Shown here: piece by piece, positions 1 through 13,129 of the stretch
How positions within the stretch are numbered: position 1 is the first letter of the stretch
Layout of the letters: every line of letters starts with the position of its first letter
NCBI GenBank assembly: GCA_047605125.1
Contig: JASGGK010000004.1
Coordinates: forward strand, 163,199-227,198
Length of the DNA: 64,000 bases
Source of the DNA: Luteolibacter sp.
GTDB lineage: Bacteria > Verrucomicrobiota > Verrucomicrobiia > Verrucomicrobiales > Akkermansiaceae
Direction: 5' to 3'
The notes under the pieces: generated by a model
Database searches by the model: none
Told to the model about the DNA's origin: nothing
Seen by the model: only the letters and a program-made list of their open reading frames with translations
Position numbers and translations under genes: made by a program

Positions 1-1076
1 ATCTTGGTGACCACGTAGTCGATGGTAGGCTCGAAGGAGGCGGGGGTTTCGCGGGTGATGTCGTTCGGCAGCTCGTCGAGCGTGTAGCCGACGGCGAGTT
101 TCGCGGCGATTTTCGCGATGGGGAAACCGGTGGCTTTCGAGGCGAGCGCGGAGGAGCGGGAAACGCGAGGGTTCATCTCGATGACGATCATGCGGCCGGT
201 CTTCGGGCAGGTGGCGAACTGGATGTTCGAGCCGCCGGTTTCCACGCCGATTTCGCGGATCACGGCGAAGGAAGCATCGCGCATGATCTGGTATTCGCGG
301 TCGGTGAGCGTCTGGATCGGTGCGACGGTGATGGAGTCTCCGGTGTGGACGCCCATCGGATCGAGGTTTTCGATGGAGCAGATGACGACGCAGTTGTCGG
401 CGCGGTCGCGCATGACTTCCATTTCGAATTCCTTCCAGCCGAGGAGGGATTCATCGATGAGAACTTCGGAAACCGGGGAAAGGTCGAGGCCGCGGGCGAT
501 GATTTCCTCGTATTCCTGCTTGTTGTAGGCGATGCCGCCGCCCTGGCCGCCGAGGGTGAAGGCGGGACGGATGATCAGCGGGAAGGAACCGATTTCTTCG
601 GCGACTTTCTTCGCTTCTTCCATGGTGTGGGCGATGCCGGAGCGCGGCATGTCGAGGCCGATCTTGATCATCGCCTCTTTGAAAAGGTGGCGGTCTTCGC
701 CTTTGTCGATGGCTTCCGGCTTGGCGCCGATCATGCGCACGCCGTATTTTTCGAGAACACCGGATTTGTGCAAAGACATCGAGGTGTTGAGCGCCGTCTG
801 GCCGCCGAGGGTAGGGAGGAGAGCGTCGGGTTTCTCACGAGCGATGATTTTTTCGACGCAATCCGGCGTAATCGGCTCGATATAAGTGCGATTGGCGAAT
901 TCCGGATCGGTCATGATCGTCGCCGGATTCGAGTTTACCAGGATCACCTCGTAGCCTTCTTCTCGGAGGGCCTTGCACGCCTGGACACCGGAATAGTCGA
1001 ACTCGCAGCCTTGGCCGATGACGATGGGGCCGGAGCCGATGACGAGGATTTTCCGAATCGAGGTGTCTTTAGGCAT
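1..1076 (-). CDS. carB: Carbamoyl-phosphate synthase large subunit, 5' part (runs off the window start)
   Basis: Read from ATG at 1076: [37 protein letters not shown]...[11 protein letters not shown], the canonical CarB N-terminus. Confidence 0.97.
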   Translation of the reverse strand, partial: MPKDTSIRKILVIGSGPIVIGQGCEFDYSGVQACKALREEGYEVILVNSNPATIMTDPEFANRTYIEPITPDCVEKIIAREKPDALLPTLGGQTALNTSMSLHKSGVLEKYGVRMIGAKPEAIDKGEDRHLFKEAMIKIGLDMPRSGIAHTMEEAKKVAEEIGSFPLIIRPAFTLGGQGGGIAYNKQEYEEIIARGLDLSPVSEVLIDESLLGWKEFEMEVMRDRADNCVVICSIENLDPMGVHTGDSITVAPIQTLTDREYQIMRDASFAVIREIGVETGGSNIQFATCPKTGRMIVIEMNPRVSRSSALASKATGFPIAKIAAKLAVGYTLDELPNDITRETPASFEPTIDYVVTK

Positions 1077-1187
1077 GGTCGTGGGAAGTGAGTTCGCGCG
1101 TGGCAGGGCGGGTAAATTGGACGGGGTGTGGCAGGGATTTCAGCGCTTGTAAAGGGCTGGATTGCGAAGATGTGGAAAAGGCGCCGG

Positions 1188-1210
1188 GCCGGTGGGGACA
1201 CCGGCGGTCC
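1188..1210 (-). repeat. GGAG-type REP-like palindrome (family A, GGAC variant)
   Basis: gccggtggggacaccggcggtcc; near-identical to copies at 26031, 39705, 39759 and 46479; 6 nt past the glcD-like stop. Confidence 0.75.
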
Positions 1211-1216
1211 GTGGGG

Positions 1217-2596
1217 TCAATCGAGGAATTTTCCGGGATTGAGGATACCGTTGGGGTCGAGGGCTTTTTTGAGGTCGCGGTGGGTTTGGAAGGAGACTTC
1301 ACCGAGGGCTTGGCGGATCCACGGTTTCTTGGCGAGGCCGACGCCGTGTTCTCCGGTGATGGCGCCGTTGTTTTCGAGAATCCATTGGAAAAGCCGGTTG
1401 AGCGCGGCATCGGCCTGGGCGCGGATGGCGGGATCGGCGTAATCTTTCACCATGAGATTGGTGTGGATGTTGCCGTCTCCGGCGTGGCCGAAGCAGGCGA
1501 CGGGAATGCCGGTTTCGGCTTCGAGCTGGCGGGCGAAGGTGACGAGCTCGACGAGTTTCGAACGCGGGACGACGATGTCTTCGTTGAGCTTGGTGAGGCC
1601 GGTGTCTCGCAGGGAGTAGGAAAACTCGCGGCGGAGTTTCCAGATTTGCTCGCAGGAGGCTTCGTCGAGCGCGCGGGTGATGTGGGTGGCTCCGAGTTTT
1701 TCGAGAAGGGAGTAAAGTTCTTCGATTTCGGACGCGACCGCAGCCGGGCGACCATCGATTTCCACGATGAGGTGGGCATTTCCCGGTGGGAAAACTTCGG
1801 CACCGAGGCGCTTGCGGGCGGCATCGAGGGTGAAGGAATCGGTGATTTCCAGCGCGGAGGGAAGGTGTCCGGAGTTCAGGATCGCTTGGACGGCGGCGGA
1901 GGCGAGCGAGTAGTCCGGGAAAATCGCGGCGAGCATCGAGCGGGCGGCGGGTTTCGGAATGATGCGCAGCGTGGCTTCGGTGACGACGCCCAGCAGACCT
2001 TCGGAGCCGACGAACGAACCGATCAGGTCGAAGCCGGTTTTGTTTTTGTGCAATCGCCCGCCGGTTCGGAGCACGCGGCCATCGGAGAGGACGACTTCGA
2101 GGCCGAGGACGTAGTTGCGGGTGACGCCGTATTTCAGGCAACGCGGGCCTCCGGCGTTGGTGGCGATGTTTCCGCCGAGCGAGCATTCTTTGAGCGAGGC
2201 GGGATCGGGCGGGTATTCCCAACCGACGGCCCGGGCGGCGCGTTGGAGGTCGCGGGTGATCACACCGGGCTGCACGATGGCTACTCCGTCTTCAGGATGC
2301 AGACCGAGGATTTGGTTCATGCGCATCACGGAAAGGACGATGCCGCCCTGTACGGGGACCACGCCGCCGACGTAGCCGACGCCCGCGCCGCGAGTGGTCA
2401 CGGGGATTTTCCGTTCATTCGCATAAGCGAGTACGGCGGAAACATCGGCGGTGGATTCGGCGAATACGACCACATCCGGCGAGTGGCTGGCATACCATTT
2501 GTCTGTCGAGTGGGTGGCGAGGATTTCGGCGGTGGTGGTGACTTTTTCCGCGCCGATGAGCGCGGAGAGGGCGGTGGCGAGTGGTGATTCGGGCAT
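1217..2596 (-). CDS. FAD-linked oxidase, GlcD / D-2-hydroxyacid dehydrogenase family
   Basis: TRGAGVG, YPPDPAS, GGNIATNAGG, GSEGLLG, GHAGDGNIH, GEHGVG, DPNGILNPGK motifs; start set at MPESP (2596). Confidence 0.9.
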   Translation of the reverse strand: MPESPLATALSALIGAEKVTTTAEILATHSTDKWYASHSPDVVVFAESTADVSAVLAYANERKIPVTTRGAGVGYVGGVVPVQGGIVLSVMRMNQILGLHPEDGVAIVQPGVITRDLQRAARAVGWEYPPDPASLKECSLGGNIATNAGGPRCLKYGVTRNYVLGLEVVLSDGRVLRTGGRLHKNKTGFDLIGSFVGSEGLLGVVTEATLRIIPKPAARSMLAAIFPDYSLASAAVQAILNSGHLPSALEITDSFTLDAARKRLGAEVFPPGNAHLIVEIDGRPAAVASEIEELYSLLEKLGATHITRALDEASCEQIWKLRREFSYSLRDTGLTKLNEDIVVPRSKLVELVTFARQLEAETGIPVACFGHAGDGNIHTNLMVKDYADPAIRAQADAALNRLFQWILENNGAITGEHGVGLAKKPWIRQALGEVSFQTHRDLKKALDPNGILNPGKFLD

Positions 2597-2619
2597 GGCG
2601 GAAATAAAAATGATGACGG

Positions 2620-5976
<3,357 letters not shown>

Positions 5977-5980
5977 GGTA

Positions 5981-8572
5981 TTACGAGACGACGATATTCA
6001 GCAGTTTTCCGGGGACGAAGATGATCTTGCGGATCGTTTTTCCTTCGGTGAGTTCCTGGATTTTCGGGCTGGCGAGGGCGATGGCTTTGACGGATTCCTC
6101 GTCGATGTCTTTGGAAACCCAGAGGCGGTCGCGCAGTTTTCCGTTCACTTGGACGACGAGTTCGATCTCGGTGCGGATGAGCGCTTCGGGATCGTAGGTC
6201 GGCCATTCGGTTTCCGAGAGAAGTGTCGCGCTGCCGAGGCGGGCGTTGATTTCTTCCGAAAGGTGCGGCGCGAAGGGATTGAGGACGGTGAGGAACTGGG
6301 TGAATTCCTTCAACGGCACGACGTCCACCTGGGTGAAGGCGTTGGTGCAGATCATCATTTGCGAGATCGCGGTGTTGAAGCTGAGTTTCTCGATGTCTTC
6401 GCCGACTTTCTTGATCGTTTCGTGGACGACTCGGAGCAGTTCCTTGTCGGCGCAGGCGATGTCCTGGATTTTCGGGGAAACGGTGAAATTGCCGTCGTTT
6501 TCTTCGAACGCGACGCGCCAGACGCGGGCGAGGAAGCGGGAAACGCCTTCGACGCCTTTCATTTGCCATGGCTTCACTTGTTCGAGCGGACCCATGAACA
6601 TTTCGTAAAGGCGGAGGGCATCGGCGCCGTATTCGGTGACGACGTCGTCCGGGTTCACCACGTTGCCGCGGGATTTGGACATTTTCTGGCCGTCTTCACC
6701 GAGGATGAGGCCTTGGTTGACCAACTTCTGGAAGGGTTCGTTAGTCGCGACGTGTCCGAGATCGAAGAGGACTTTATGCCAGAAACGGGCGTAGAGAAGA
6801 TGGAGGACGGCGTGCTCGGTGCCGCCGACGTAGAGATCGACCATGCCGCTCGATTGCGCGGAGTGATCAGTGATCGGTGATCGGTGATCCGTGGAAGAGG
6901 TGCTGCTCCAGTAAGCTTCTGCTTCTTTTGAGATGAACCGGCTGGTGTTCGTTGGATCGCAGTAGCGGAGGTAATACCAGCAGGAGCCGGCCCATTGCGG
7001 CATGGTGTTGGTTTCGCGGAGCGAGCCGTCGGGGAGATGGACCCAATCGGTGGCTTTCGAAAGAAGGGGATCGGGCGTGCCGCTGGGTTTGTAGTCTTCG
7101 AGCGGTGGTGCGAGAAGCGGCAGCTCGGATTCTGGAAGCGCGTGGTGATGGCCGTCTTTCCAGGTGATCGGAAACGGCTCGCCCCAATAGCGTTGGCGTG
7201 AGAACAGCCAGTCGCGGAGTTTGTATTGGATGCGGCGCTTGCCCTTTTTGTTTTCTTCCAGCCACGCGATCATTTTCGCTTTGGCTTCGGCGGTGGGGAG
7301 GCCGTCGAGGAAGCCGGAGTTGATGGCGATGCCGGATTCGCTGGTTGCCGATTGAGGATGGTCGATTGAAGATTCGGAAGAACTGGAAACGACTTGTTTG
7401 ATCGGCAGTGAGAATTTCCGGGCGAACTCGAAATCCCGCTCGTCATGCGCGGGCACGGCCATGATCGCGCCGGTGCCGTAGCCCATCATGACGTAATCGG
7501 CGATCCAGACGGGGATTTGCTCACCGTTTGCAGGATTGGTGGCGAAGGCTCCGGTGAAAACGCCGGATTTGTCTTTGTTGAGATCGCCGCGATCGAGATC
7601 GGATTTGGATGAAATCGCTTTTTGATAAGCTTCGACGGCGTCCTTTTGCCCGGCGGTGGTGATTTGGGGAACGAGGCCGTGTTCCGGTGCGAGCACCATG
7701 TAAGTCGCTCCGAAAAGCGTGTCCGGGCGGGTGGTGAAGACGGTGACGGTTTGCCCGGCGATAGTGAAATCCACCTCCGCTCCTTCGCTGCGGCCGATCC
7801 AGTTTTTCTGAAGCAGCTTGATGCCTTCCGGCCAATCGAGCGTGTCGAGCTCATCGATCAATCGCTGGGCGTATTGGGTAATGCGCAGCATCCATTGGCG
7901 AAGCGGACGGCGTTCGACGGTGTGACCTTTGGATTTCCACTCTTCGACTTCTTCGTTCGCAAGCACGGTGCCGAGATCCGGCGACCACCAGACGGGTGTG
8001 TCGGCGACGAAGGCGAGACGCACGGCGTCGATTTGCTCGCGGGTCCAGCCTTTGGCTTCGAGATCGGAAACGGGGCGGGCTTTGTGGGTTTCTTCGCAGA
8101 AATACGAGTTGTAGATCTGGAGGAAAATCCACTGGGTCCAGCGCACGTATTCGGGATCGGTGGTGGCGATTTCGCGGTCCCAATCGTAGGCGAAACCGAG
8201 CGATTTCAGCTGGCGGCGGAAATTTTCAATATTGGCGGCGGTGGTGATCGCCGGGTGTTGGCCGGTTTTGATGGCGTATTGTTCCGCAGGCAGGCCGAAG
8301 GAATCGTAGCCCATCGGATGCAGGACGTTGTGGCCGGTCATGCGCTTGTAGCGGCCGACGATGTCGGTGGCGGTGTAGCCTTCCGGGTGGCCGACGTGGA
8401 GGCCGGCGCCGGAGGGATACGGGAACATATCGAGCACGTAGTATTTCGGTTTCGCCGGATCGAAGTCCGCATCGCCGGGGCCGGGAGTGCGGAAGGTTTT
8501 TTCCGTGTCCCAGCGGGCTTGCCACTTGGGTTCAAATTCGCGGAAAGGAAATGGCTTGCGTGCGTCTGACAT
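5981..8572 (-). CDS. leuS: Leucine--tRNA ligase
   Basis: [31 protein letters not shown], editing domain FTTRPDT; start MSDARK at 8572. Confidence 0.98.
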   Translation of the reverse strand: MSDARKPFPFREFEPKWQARWDTEKTFRTPGPGDADFDPAKPKYYVLDMFPYPSGAGLHVGHPEGYTATDIVGRYKRMTGHNVLHPMGYDSFGLPAEQYAIKTGQHPAITTAANIENFRRQLKSLGFAYDWDREIATTDPEYVRWTQWIFLQIYNSYFCEETHKARPVSDLEAKGWTREQIDAVRLAFVADTPVWWSPDLGTVLANEEVEEWKSKGHTVERRPLRQWMLRITQYAQRLIDELDTLDWPEGIKLLQKNWIGRSEGAEVDFTIAGQTVTVFTTRPDTLFGATYMVLAPEHGLVPQITTAGQKDAVEAYQKAISSKSDLDRGDLNKDKSGVFTGAFATNPANGEQIPVWIADYVMMGYGTGAIMAVPAHDERDFEFARKFSLPIKQVVSSSSESSIDHPQSATSESGIAINSGFLDGLPTAEAKAKMIAWLEENKKGKRRIQYKLRDWLFSRQRYWGEPFPITWKDGHHHALPESELPLLAPPLEDYKPSGTPDPLLSKATDWVHLPDGSLRETNTMPQWAGSCWYYLRYCDPTNTSRFISKEAEAYWSSTSSTDHRSPITDHSAQSSGMVDLYVGGTEHAVLHLLYARFWHKVLFDLGHVATNEPFQKLVNQGLILGEDGQKMSKSRGNVVNPDDVVTEYGADALRLYEMFMGPLEQVKPWQMKGVEGVSRFLARVWRVAFEENDGNFTVSPKIQDIACADKELLRVVHETIKKVGEDIEKLSFNTAISQMMICTNAFTQVDVVPLKEFTQFLTVLNPFAPHLSEEINARLGSATLLSETEWPTYDPEALIRTEIELVVQVNGKLRDRLWVSKDIDEESVKAIALASPKIQELTEGKTIRKIIFVPGKLLNIVVS
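6862..6889. repeat. Heptamer tandem array (RGTGATC x4) in frame inside leuS
   Basis: agtgatc agtgatc ggtgatc ggtgatc; translated as [11 protein letters not shown]. Confidence 0.85.
7343..7377. repeat. Degenerate heptamer array in frame inside leuS
   Basis: ggttgcc gattgag gatggtc gattgaa gattcgg; translated as [12 protein letters not shown]. Confidence 0.6.
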
Positions 8573-8639
8573 GATCGGGAAAGGGCGCGGACTGTGGGGA
8601 AAGCGGCGCGGATTGAAAAGGGCGAAGTGGGAGGGGGCG

Positions 8640-8672
8640 CGAGTCATGGGTTACTCATGACTCGTGGCCTAC
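8640..8672 (-). repeat. GTAG-tagged REP-like palindrome
   Basis: Minus strand reads GTAGgcca-cgagtcatgag-taa-cccatgactcg. Confidence 0.55.
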
Positions 8673-8704
8673 TTGACGAATGGGTCTGTAAAACGTAGTT
8701 TTAC
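8673..8704 (+). promoter_or_regulatory. Sigma70-type promoter with overlapping operator for the abrB-doc operon
   Basis: TTGACG(8673)-N17-TAGTTT(8696); inverted repeat GTAAAAC-gta-GTTTTAC (8688-8704) overlaps the -10. Confidence 0.7.
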
Positions 8705-8707
8705 GCC

Positions 8708-8935
8708 ATGATCAAGACGCTGACGAAGGTGGGGAATTCCCACGGCATCATTTTTGACACGACGTTGATGGATCTGGCGCGGTTGAAACCGGGAGAGCAG
8801 CTCAACGTGGAGGTGCACGAAGGTGGAACGATCACGCTGACGCCGGTGCGGGCGGAAATCAGCGCCGATGCAGCGAAAAGCGTGGCGAAGCGGGTGATCG
8901 GAAAAAATGACGAACTGTTCCGGCGTTTGTCATGA
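8708..8935 (+). CDS. AbrB/MazE/SpoVT-family antitoxin
   Basis: TLTKVGNSHGII swapped-hairpin motif; ATGA overlap with the toxin gene. Confidence 0.88.
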   Translation: MIKTLTKVGNSHGIIFDTTLMDLARLKPGEQLNVEVHEGGTITLTPVRAEISADAAKSVAKRVIGKNDELFRRLS

Positions 8936-9330
8936 GCCAGCCATTTTCGCATCTGACGATGGAGGCGGTGAAGGCCATCCATGGTGAAGTTTTGGCTGCA
9001 CACGGAGGATCGCCAGGTTTGCGGGATCAAGCTTTGCTGGAATCCGCCGTGGCGGCTCCGCAGGTGACAATGATGGGCGAGCCGTTATTTAAAGAACCCT
9101 ACGAAATCGCGGCGGCTTATCTGTTCTATCTTTGCAGTAATCACGCGTTTGTGGATGGAAACAAGCGGATCGCATTGGCTGCGGCGTTGGTTTTTCTCAG
9201 TGAAAATGAATTGCTGCCGGAAGAATCTCTCGATCTTGAGGGATGGTATGAACTTATCATGGGCGTCGCAGCGGGGGAAATCGACCGCCATGAGGCGACG
9301 ATGCGATTGACGGATTTATTGGGGAGTTAG
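8932..9330 (+). CDS. Doc (death-on-curing)/Fic-family toxin
   Basis: GLRDQALLESAVAAP and HAFVDGNKR (Doc-type Fic motif). Confidence 0.92.
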   Translation: MSQPFSHLTMEAVKAIHGEVLAAHGGSPGLRDQALLESAVAAPQVTMMGEPLFKEPYEIAAAYLFYLCSNHAFVDGNKRIALAAALVFLSENELLPEESLDLEGWYELIMGVAAGEIDRHEATMRLTDLLGS

Positions 9331-9719
9331 ATGGCGAGCAACTTTAGCCCTTTGACTCGTTCGAACTCCCCGATATTCGCGGTGACAAGCGTGGCGCCGA
9401 GACTGCGTGCTTGAGCGGCTATGAGCAAATCCAGTGGCCCGATCGGTTTCCCTGCCGCTTCGAGTGAAGCGCGGATGTCCGCATAGTGCAGAGCGGAGGA
9501 GAGATCGAAGTCCGCCAAATGAAAGAGGCTGAGGAATGCTTCCAGCTTTGGCGCGTGTTGGGGATGGGTGCTGATATTTTTTTGCACACCGGTCCAAAGC
9601 TCGGCTGCGACGATGATCGGGATGCCGGTAAGTGATGGATTCGGCAATTTTTCGAGGCCAGAGCGATTGCGCAGAATCGGGACGCACGCGCTCGAATCGA
9701 GAAGAAAGGCGGGATTCAC
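9327..9719 (-). CDS. vapC: VapC PIN-domain toxin
   Basis: LLDSS, AAEL, IGPLDLLIAAQA, LVTANIGEFERV. Confidence 0.92.
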   Translation of the reverse strand: MNPAFLLDSSACVPILRNRSGLEKLPNPSLTGIPIIVAAELWTGVQKNISTHPQHAPKLEAFLSLFHLADFDLSSALHYADIRASLEAAGKPIGPLDLLIAAQARSLGATLVTANIGEFERVKGLKLLAI

Positions 9720-9731
9720 AAAGAGAAGAGA

Positions 9732-9986
9732 TTAAAATTCGGGAATCGGGCGCTCGTGCTTGTTTGGGCGCGGTGGGGGCGCTGGGAATTCATCGGCTTC
9801 CGGGAATTTCTCGGAAAGGTAAGACGCGATTTCGGTGAAGTCGCTGAATTTCAGGCAGGGAAGAGGTTTTAAAATCACATCATTGCCGTGTTTTTCGATG
9901 ATGACTTCCGATCCCTCAAAGCGAAATGCCTTGGGTAAGCGGATCGCTTGGCTACCGCCGTGTTGAAAGATCTTTGCTGTTTTCAT
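9732..9986 (-). CDS. vapB: VapB antitoxin (AbrB/SpoVT type)
   Basis: [24 protein letters not shown]; directly upstream of vapC. Confidence 0.92.
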   Translation of the reverse strand: MKTAKIFQHGGSQAIRLPKAFRFEGSEVIIEKHGNDVILKPLPCLKFSDFTEIASYLSEKFPEADEFPAPPPRPNKHERPIPEF

Positions 9987-9996
9987 AGATACTAAA

Positions 9997-10006
9997 TGTA
10001 TATACA
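9997..10006. promoter_or_regulatory. Probable VapBC operator palindrome
   Basis: Perfect palindrome TGTATATACA, 10 nt upstream of the vapB ATG, in an AT-rich patch. Confidence 0.6.
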
Positions 10007-10025
10007 GATGGAAAAAATCAACACG

Positions 10026-10058
10026 AAAAACCCCGCCTCGGTTTGCGAAGCGGGGGTT
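10026..10058 (-). terminator. Rho-independent terminator of the thioredoxin-family gene
   Basis: Minus strand ccccgcttcg-caaac-cgaggcgggg-ttttt. Confidence 0.7.
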
Positions 10059-10092
10059 CCTCCTTCATGGTCCAATATGCGGGAGTCGGAAA

Positions 10093-10551
10093 TTATTTCG
10101 GTTTTCGCGCGGCGTGTTGCTTGTTGATGTGCTCGAGGAATTGCGCGGTGTTTGGATATTCGGAAGCGTAGAAGCGGCTGAATTCCTTGCCGTTTTCATC
10201 GAGGAGAAGGACGGTCGGGAAGCCATCGATGGCGTATTTTTCCGCGAGCGGCTTGTTGGTTTCCGCGAGGGCGGAATTGCCTTTCGGGAAATCGAGTTCG
10301 ACGAGGATGAAGTTTTTCGACGCTTCATCGACGAATTCCTTTTTGGAAAACACGTTTTTCCGCATCGCGATGCATGGCGGGCACCAATCCGAGCCGGTGA
10401 ATTCGACGAGCACGGCTTTTTTATCGCGTTTTGCCTGGGCGAGCGCGCTTTTGAGATTGGTGGACCAGCCTTGAGGCGTGGTGGCAAAGGCGGAAGAGGT
10501 AAGGGCTGCGACACCGACGGTCACGGAGGCGAGCCAGGAAATTGCTTTCAT
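10093..10551 (-). CDS. Exported thioredoxin-family protein
   Basis: Signal peptide; FTGSDWCPPC; GFPTVLLLD. Confidence 0.9.
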   Translation of the reverse strand: MKAISWLASVTVGVAALTSSAFATTPQGWSTNLKSALAQAKRDKKAVLVEFTGSDWCPPCIAMRKNVFSKKEFVDEASKNFILVELDFPKGNSALAETNKPLAEKYAIDGFPTVLLLDENGKEFSRFYASEYPNTAQFLEHINKQHAARKPK

Positions 10552-10638
10552 CACGGGTATAGGCGTCACCAGTCGCACAATTATTCAAAAAATCTAAAAA
10601 GGTTGCCCGATTTATCCGCGAACGTTTACCGAAGCGGC

Positions 10639-11232
10639 ATGCAAACGCCGCCCCGGCTCGTGATCGCCACCCGCAATGCCCACAAGACCTCGGAAATCCG
10701 TGCGATGATCGGGAATCACTTCGAAGTGGTGGATGCGACGGGGTTTCCGGATTTCCCGGAGATCGAGGAAACCGGGACCACTTTTTTAGAAAACGCGCGT
10801 CTCAAGGCGGAAGGAATCAGCCGTCACATCGATGGCTGGGTGCTTTCCGATGATTCGGGCTTGGAGGTCGATGCTCTGGGCGGCGCGCCGGGTGTTTGGT
10901 CTTCCAGCTTTGGCGGGGAAGAAGGAAACCACGCGAAAAACAACACACGGCTGATGCAGGAAATGACGGGGAAATCCCCCCGCACGGCGCGGTTTCGCTG
11001 CACGATGGTGTTGGCGCGCGATGGCAAGGAAGTCGCACATTTTTCCGGAACGGTGGAAGGGCGTTTGATCGAGGAATTACGCGGCGCAAAAGGCTTCGGC
11101 TACGACCCGCTGTTCATTCCGGATGGCCATGAGGAAACCTTCGCGGAGCTGGGCGATGAGGTGAAAAACACGCTCAGTCACCGGTCGAGGGCGCTGGCTC
11201 AAGTTGTGGATTTCCTGAAGGTTAATTTATAA
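10639..11232 (+). CDS. rdgB: RdgB/HAM1 non-canonical purine NTP pyrophosphatase
   Basis: ATRNAHK, ENARLKA, DDSGLEVDALGGAPG, GFGYDPLF, SHR. Confidence 0.95.
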   Translation: MQTPPRLVIATRNAHKTSEIRAMIGNHFEVVDATGFPDFPEIEETGTTFLENARLKAEGISRHIDGWVLSDDSGLEVDALGGAPGVWSSSFGGEEGNHAKNNTRLMQEMTGKSPRTARFRCTMVLARDGKEVAHFSGTVEGRLIEELRGAKGFGYDPLFIPDGHEETFAELGDEVKNTLSHRSRALAQVVDFLKVNL

Positions 11233-11274
11233 AAACTATTTGCCAAAGCTTATAAAATTTTATACTTCGCGCGC

Positions 11275-11796
11275 ATGAAAGCCTTGATTCTTCTTCTCCT
11301 GTGTCCGCTTTTCGCGGGTTTGGTTTCCTGCTCCAGCCAGGTGAAAGCCCGCCAGCCGGTTTCCTATCGTTTTGAAAGCGGCGAAACGGCATTGTTGCAA
11401 AATGGTTTGGCTTACGCGCCCCGCAAGGCTCCGCCTGAAGTAAAACGTGCGATCGAGGCGGGAAATCGCCTGCAATCCATGCCCTACAAATGGGGCGGCG
11501 GACACGCGAAGTTAAAGGATTCCGGCTATGATTGCTCCGGGAGTGTTTCTTATGTCCTGCGGGAAGCCGGGCTTTTGAAGGGCAGCATGCCATCCAGTGG
11601 TTATTACGGTTACGGAAAAAAAGGCGAAGGGGATTGGATCAATATCTACATCCGCAAGGGTCACGTTTTCATGACGGTGGCTGGTCTTCGGCTCGATACC
11701 GGCGGGCCCGGAGGAAATGCCAGCAGCGGTCCGCGCTGGAAACCGCAAACGCGCCAGGTGAAAGGCATGGTGGTGCGCCACCCGAGCGGTTTGTAG
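11275..11796 (+). CDS. NlpC/P60-like peptidoglycan endopeptidase lipoprotein
   Basis: Lipobox LVSC; PYKWGGGH, YDCSGSVS, GHV catalytic Cys/His. Confidence 0.85.
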   Translation: MKALILLLLCPLFAGLVSCSSQVKARQPVSYRFESGETALLQNGLAYAPRKAPPEVKRAIEAGNRLQSMPYKWGGGHAKLKDSGYDCSGSVSYVLREAGLLKGSMPSSGYYGYGKKGEGDWINIYIRKGHVFMTVAGLRLDTGGPGGNASSGPRWKPQTRQVKGMVVRHPSGL

Positions 11797-11821
11797 GAGT
11801 CACGCCGGATTCCGCGGAAAT

Positions 11822-11843
11822 ACGGCAGGAGTGCCGTGGCTCC
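11822..11843 (-). repeat. GGAG-type REP-like palindrome (family B)
   Basis: Minus strand ggagccacggcactcctgccgt, 2 nt past the HAD stop; a degenerate partner ggagtcacgcc follows the NlpC stop; related copy at 48839. Confidence 0.65.
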
Positions 11844-11845
11844 GT

Positions 11846-12646
11846 TCAGGATCTGAAATAATGCTCCAGCGCCTGAACGGTGCCATTCCCATGGGGCATC
11901 GTGGCGACGAAACCTCCGCGGGCGATGATCTGTTCGCGGATCGCGCCGACGGCATTCGCCGGGCAAGCGGCGAGGCCGGAGTGATTCACGTCCAGCATTT
12001 CAAAGTCGTTGTGACTGTCGCCAATGGCGAAGCATCCAGAGAGGGGAACGCGGTATTGGTTGGCGATTTCCGCGAGGCTGCTGCCTTTCTGGAAATCCTG
12101 ATGGCCGAAGCGGAGGTAGATGGAGTTCCGCTGCCAGCTTAGTTCCGGTAAGTCGGCGACGAGGGGCGCGAGGTGTTCGCAGATCCATTCCATTTCCTCT
12201 TCCGTGCGGGAAATGACGCCCGCCGGCTCTCCCGCCATTTCGATCCACTGGGCGCCGGTGTGTTCCTCGATTTCCGCACGGATGGTGGCGAGGAGCTTGC
12301 GGGCTTTTTTGAAAAGCTTGTGGATTTCCTTTTCGCAGCGCGTGTTCCATTGCTCGTGAGCCATCCAGCGCCCGTAGGCATTCGGGAAATAAATTTCACG
12401 TTCCCGCGCGACCACCCAATCCGGCAGGAAGGGGAAGCGGCTTTCGATGAATCCCTCGATCATCTGTGCCATCGAGCGGCCGGTGTTGATGCCCCACACG
12501 GCTCCGTGCGATTCGCGAATGACTTGGATCGTCTCGAAAAATTTACCCGGCACAGGCGGCGAATCCGCCGGATGATGCAGCGTGCCGTCAAAATCAAAGG
12601 ACAAAACCGTGCGGACCTGGGCGGGGGGAGCGAGGGTTTGTATCAT
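11846..12646 (-). CDS. HAD-superfamily (IIB/Cof-like) hydrolase
   Basis: FDFDGTL, INTGRS, QKG, IGDSHNDFEM, CPANA. Confidence 0.9.
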   Translation of the reverse strand: MIQTLAPPAQVRTVLSFDFDGTLHHPADSPPVPGKFFETIQVIRESHGAVWGINTGRSMAQMIEGFIESRFPFLPDWVVAREREIYFPNAYGRWMAHEQWNTRCEKEIHKLFKKARKLLATIRAEIEEHTGAQWIEMAGEPAGVISRTEEEMEWICEHLAPLVADLPELSWQRNSIYLRFGHQDFQKGSSLAEIANQYRVPLSGCFAIGDSHNDFEMLDVNHSGLAACPANAVGAIREQIIARGGFVATMPHGNGTVQALEHYFRS

Positions 12647-13129
12647 TCAGTGCGTTTGAGTGTGGATTTCGAGGGTCATATTGCCGCCAGTCGGTTTCAT
12701 CATTTCCTGAGTGATGTAGGAAATGGCGACTCCGAAGCGGCTGGTGGCGATTTTTTTTCCGTCTTTCGACCAGCCGCGGATTGTATTGACCGGCGTTTGG
12801 ATGGCGGCGAGTTGGGTAAATCCGGCGAATCTCAGCGAGCGTTCGAGCTGCTCGGTGGCGTCGTCCAAGCGGGTGTTCTCGGCCTGAATCAGCAAGCGGC
12901 GCACCACGTGTTTCCCGTCCGAACCGATGGTGACATCAAGCAGGATTTTGTGCGGAAAGGCGACGATAATGCCCTCGCCGAGCTCAAGCTGGCCAGCCGA
13001 AGCGGGTAATTTCGGGGCGGGTGCGGTGGTTGCGGGAGTGCTTTTTTTTGGTTGGCAGGCGCTTGCGCCGAGCAGAATGGCCACAGGAAAAAACCGCAGC
13101 CCGAACCCTGAAAAAACCTCGTATTTCAT
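12647..13129 (-). CDS. Hypothetical lipoprotein
   Basis: Lipobox-like LLGASAC after a hydrophobic stretch; coupled to both neighbours (ATGA overlap upstream, 0-nt gap downstream). Confidence 0.6.
   Translation of the reverse strand: MKYEVFSGFGLRFFPVAILLGASACQPKKSTPATTAPAPKLPASAGQLELGEGIIVAFPHKILLDVTIGSDGKHVVRRLLIQAENTRLDDATEQLERSLRFAGFTQLAAIQTPVNTIRGWSKDGKKIATSRFGVAISYITQEMMKPTGGNMTLEIHTQTH

Noticed and set aside
345-2587. Long + strand ORFs (345-1091, 1088-2587)
   Set aside because: Antisense shadows of carB and the GlcD-like gene, produced by GC-rich codon bias; no recognisable motifs
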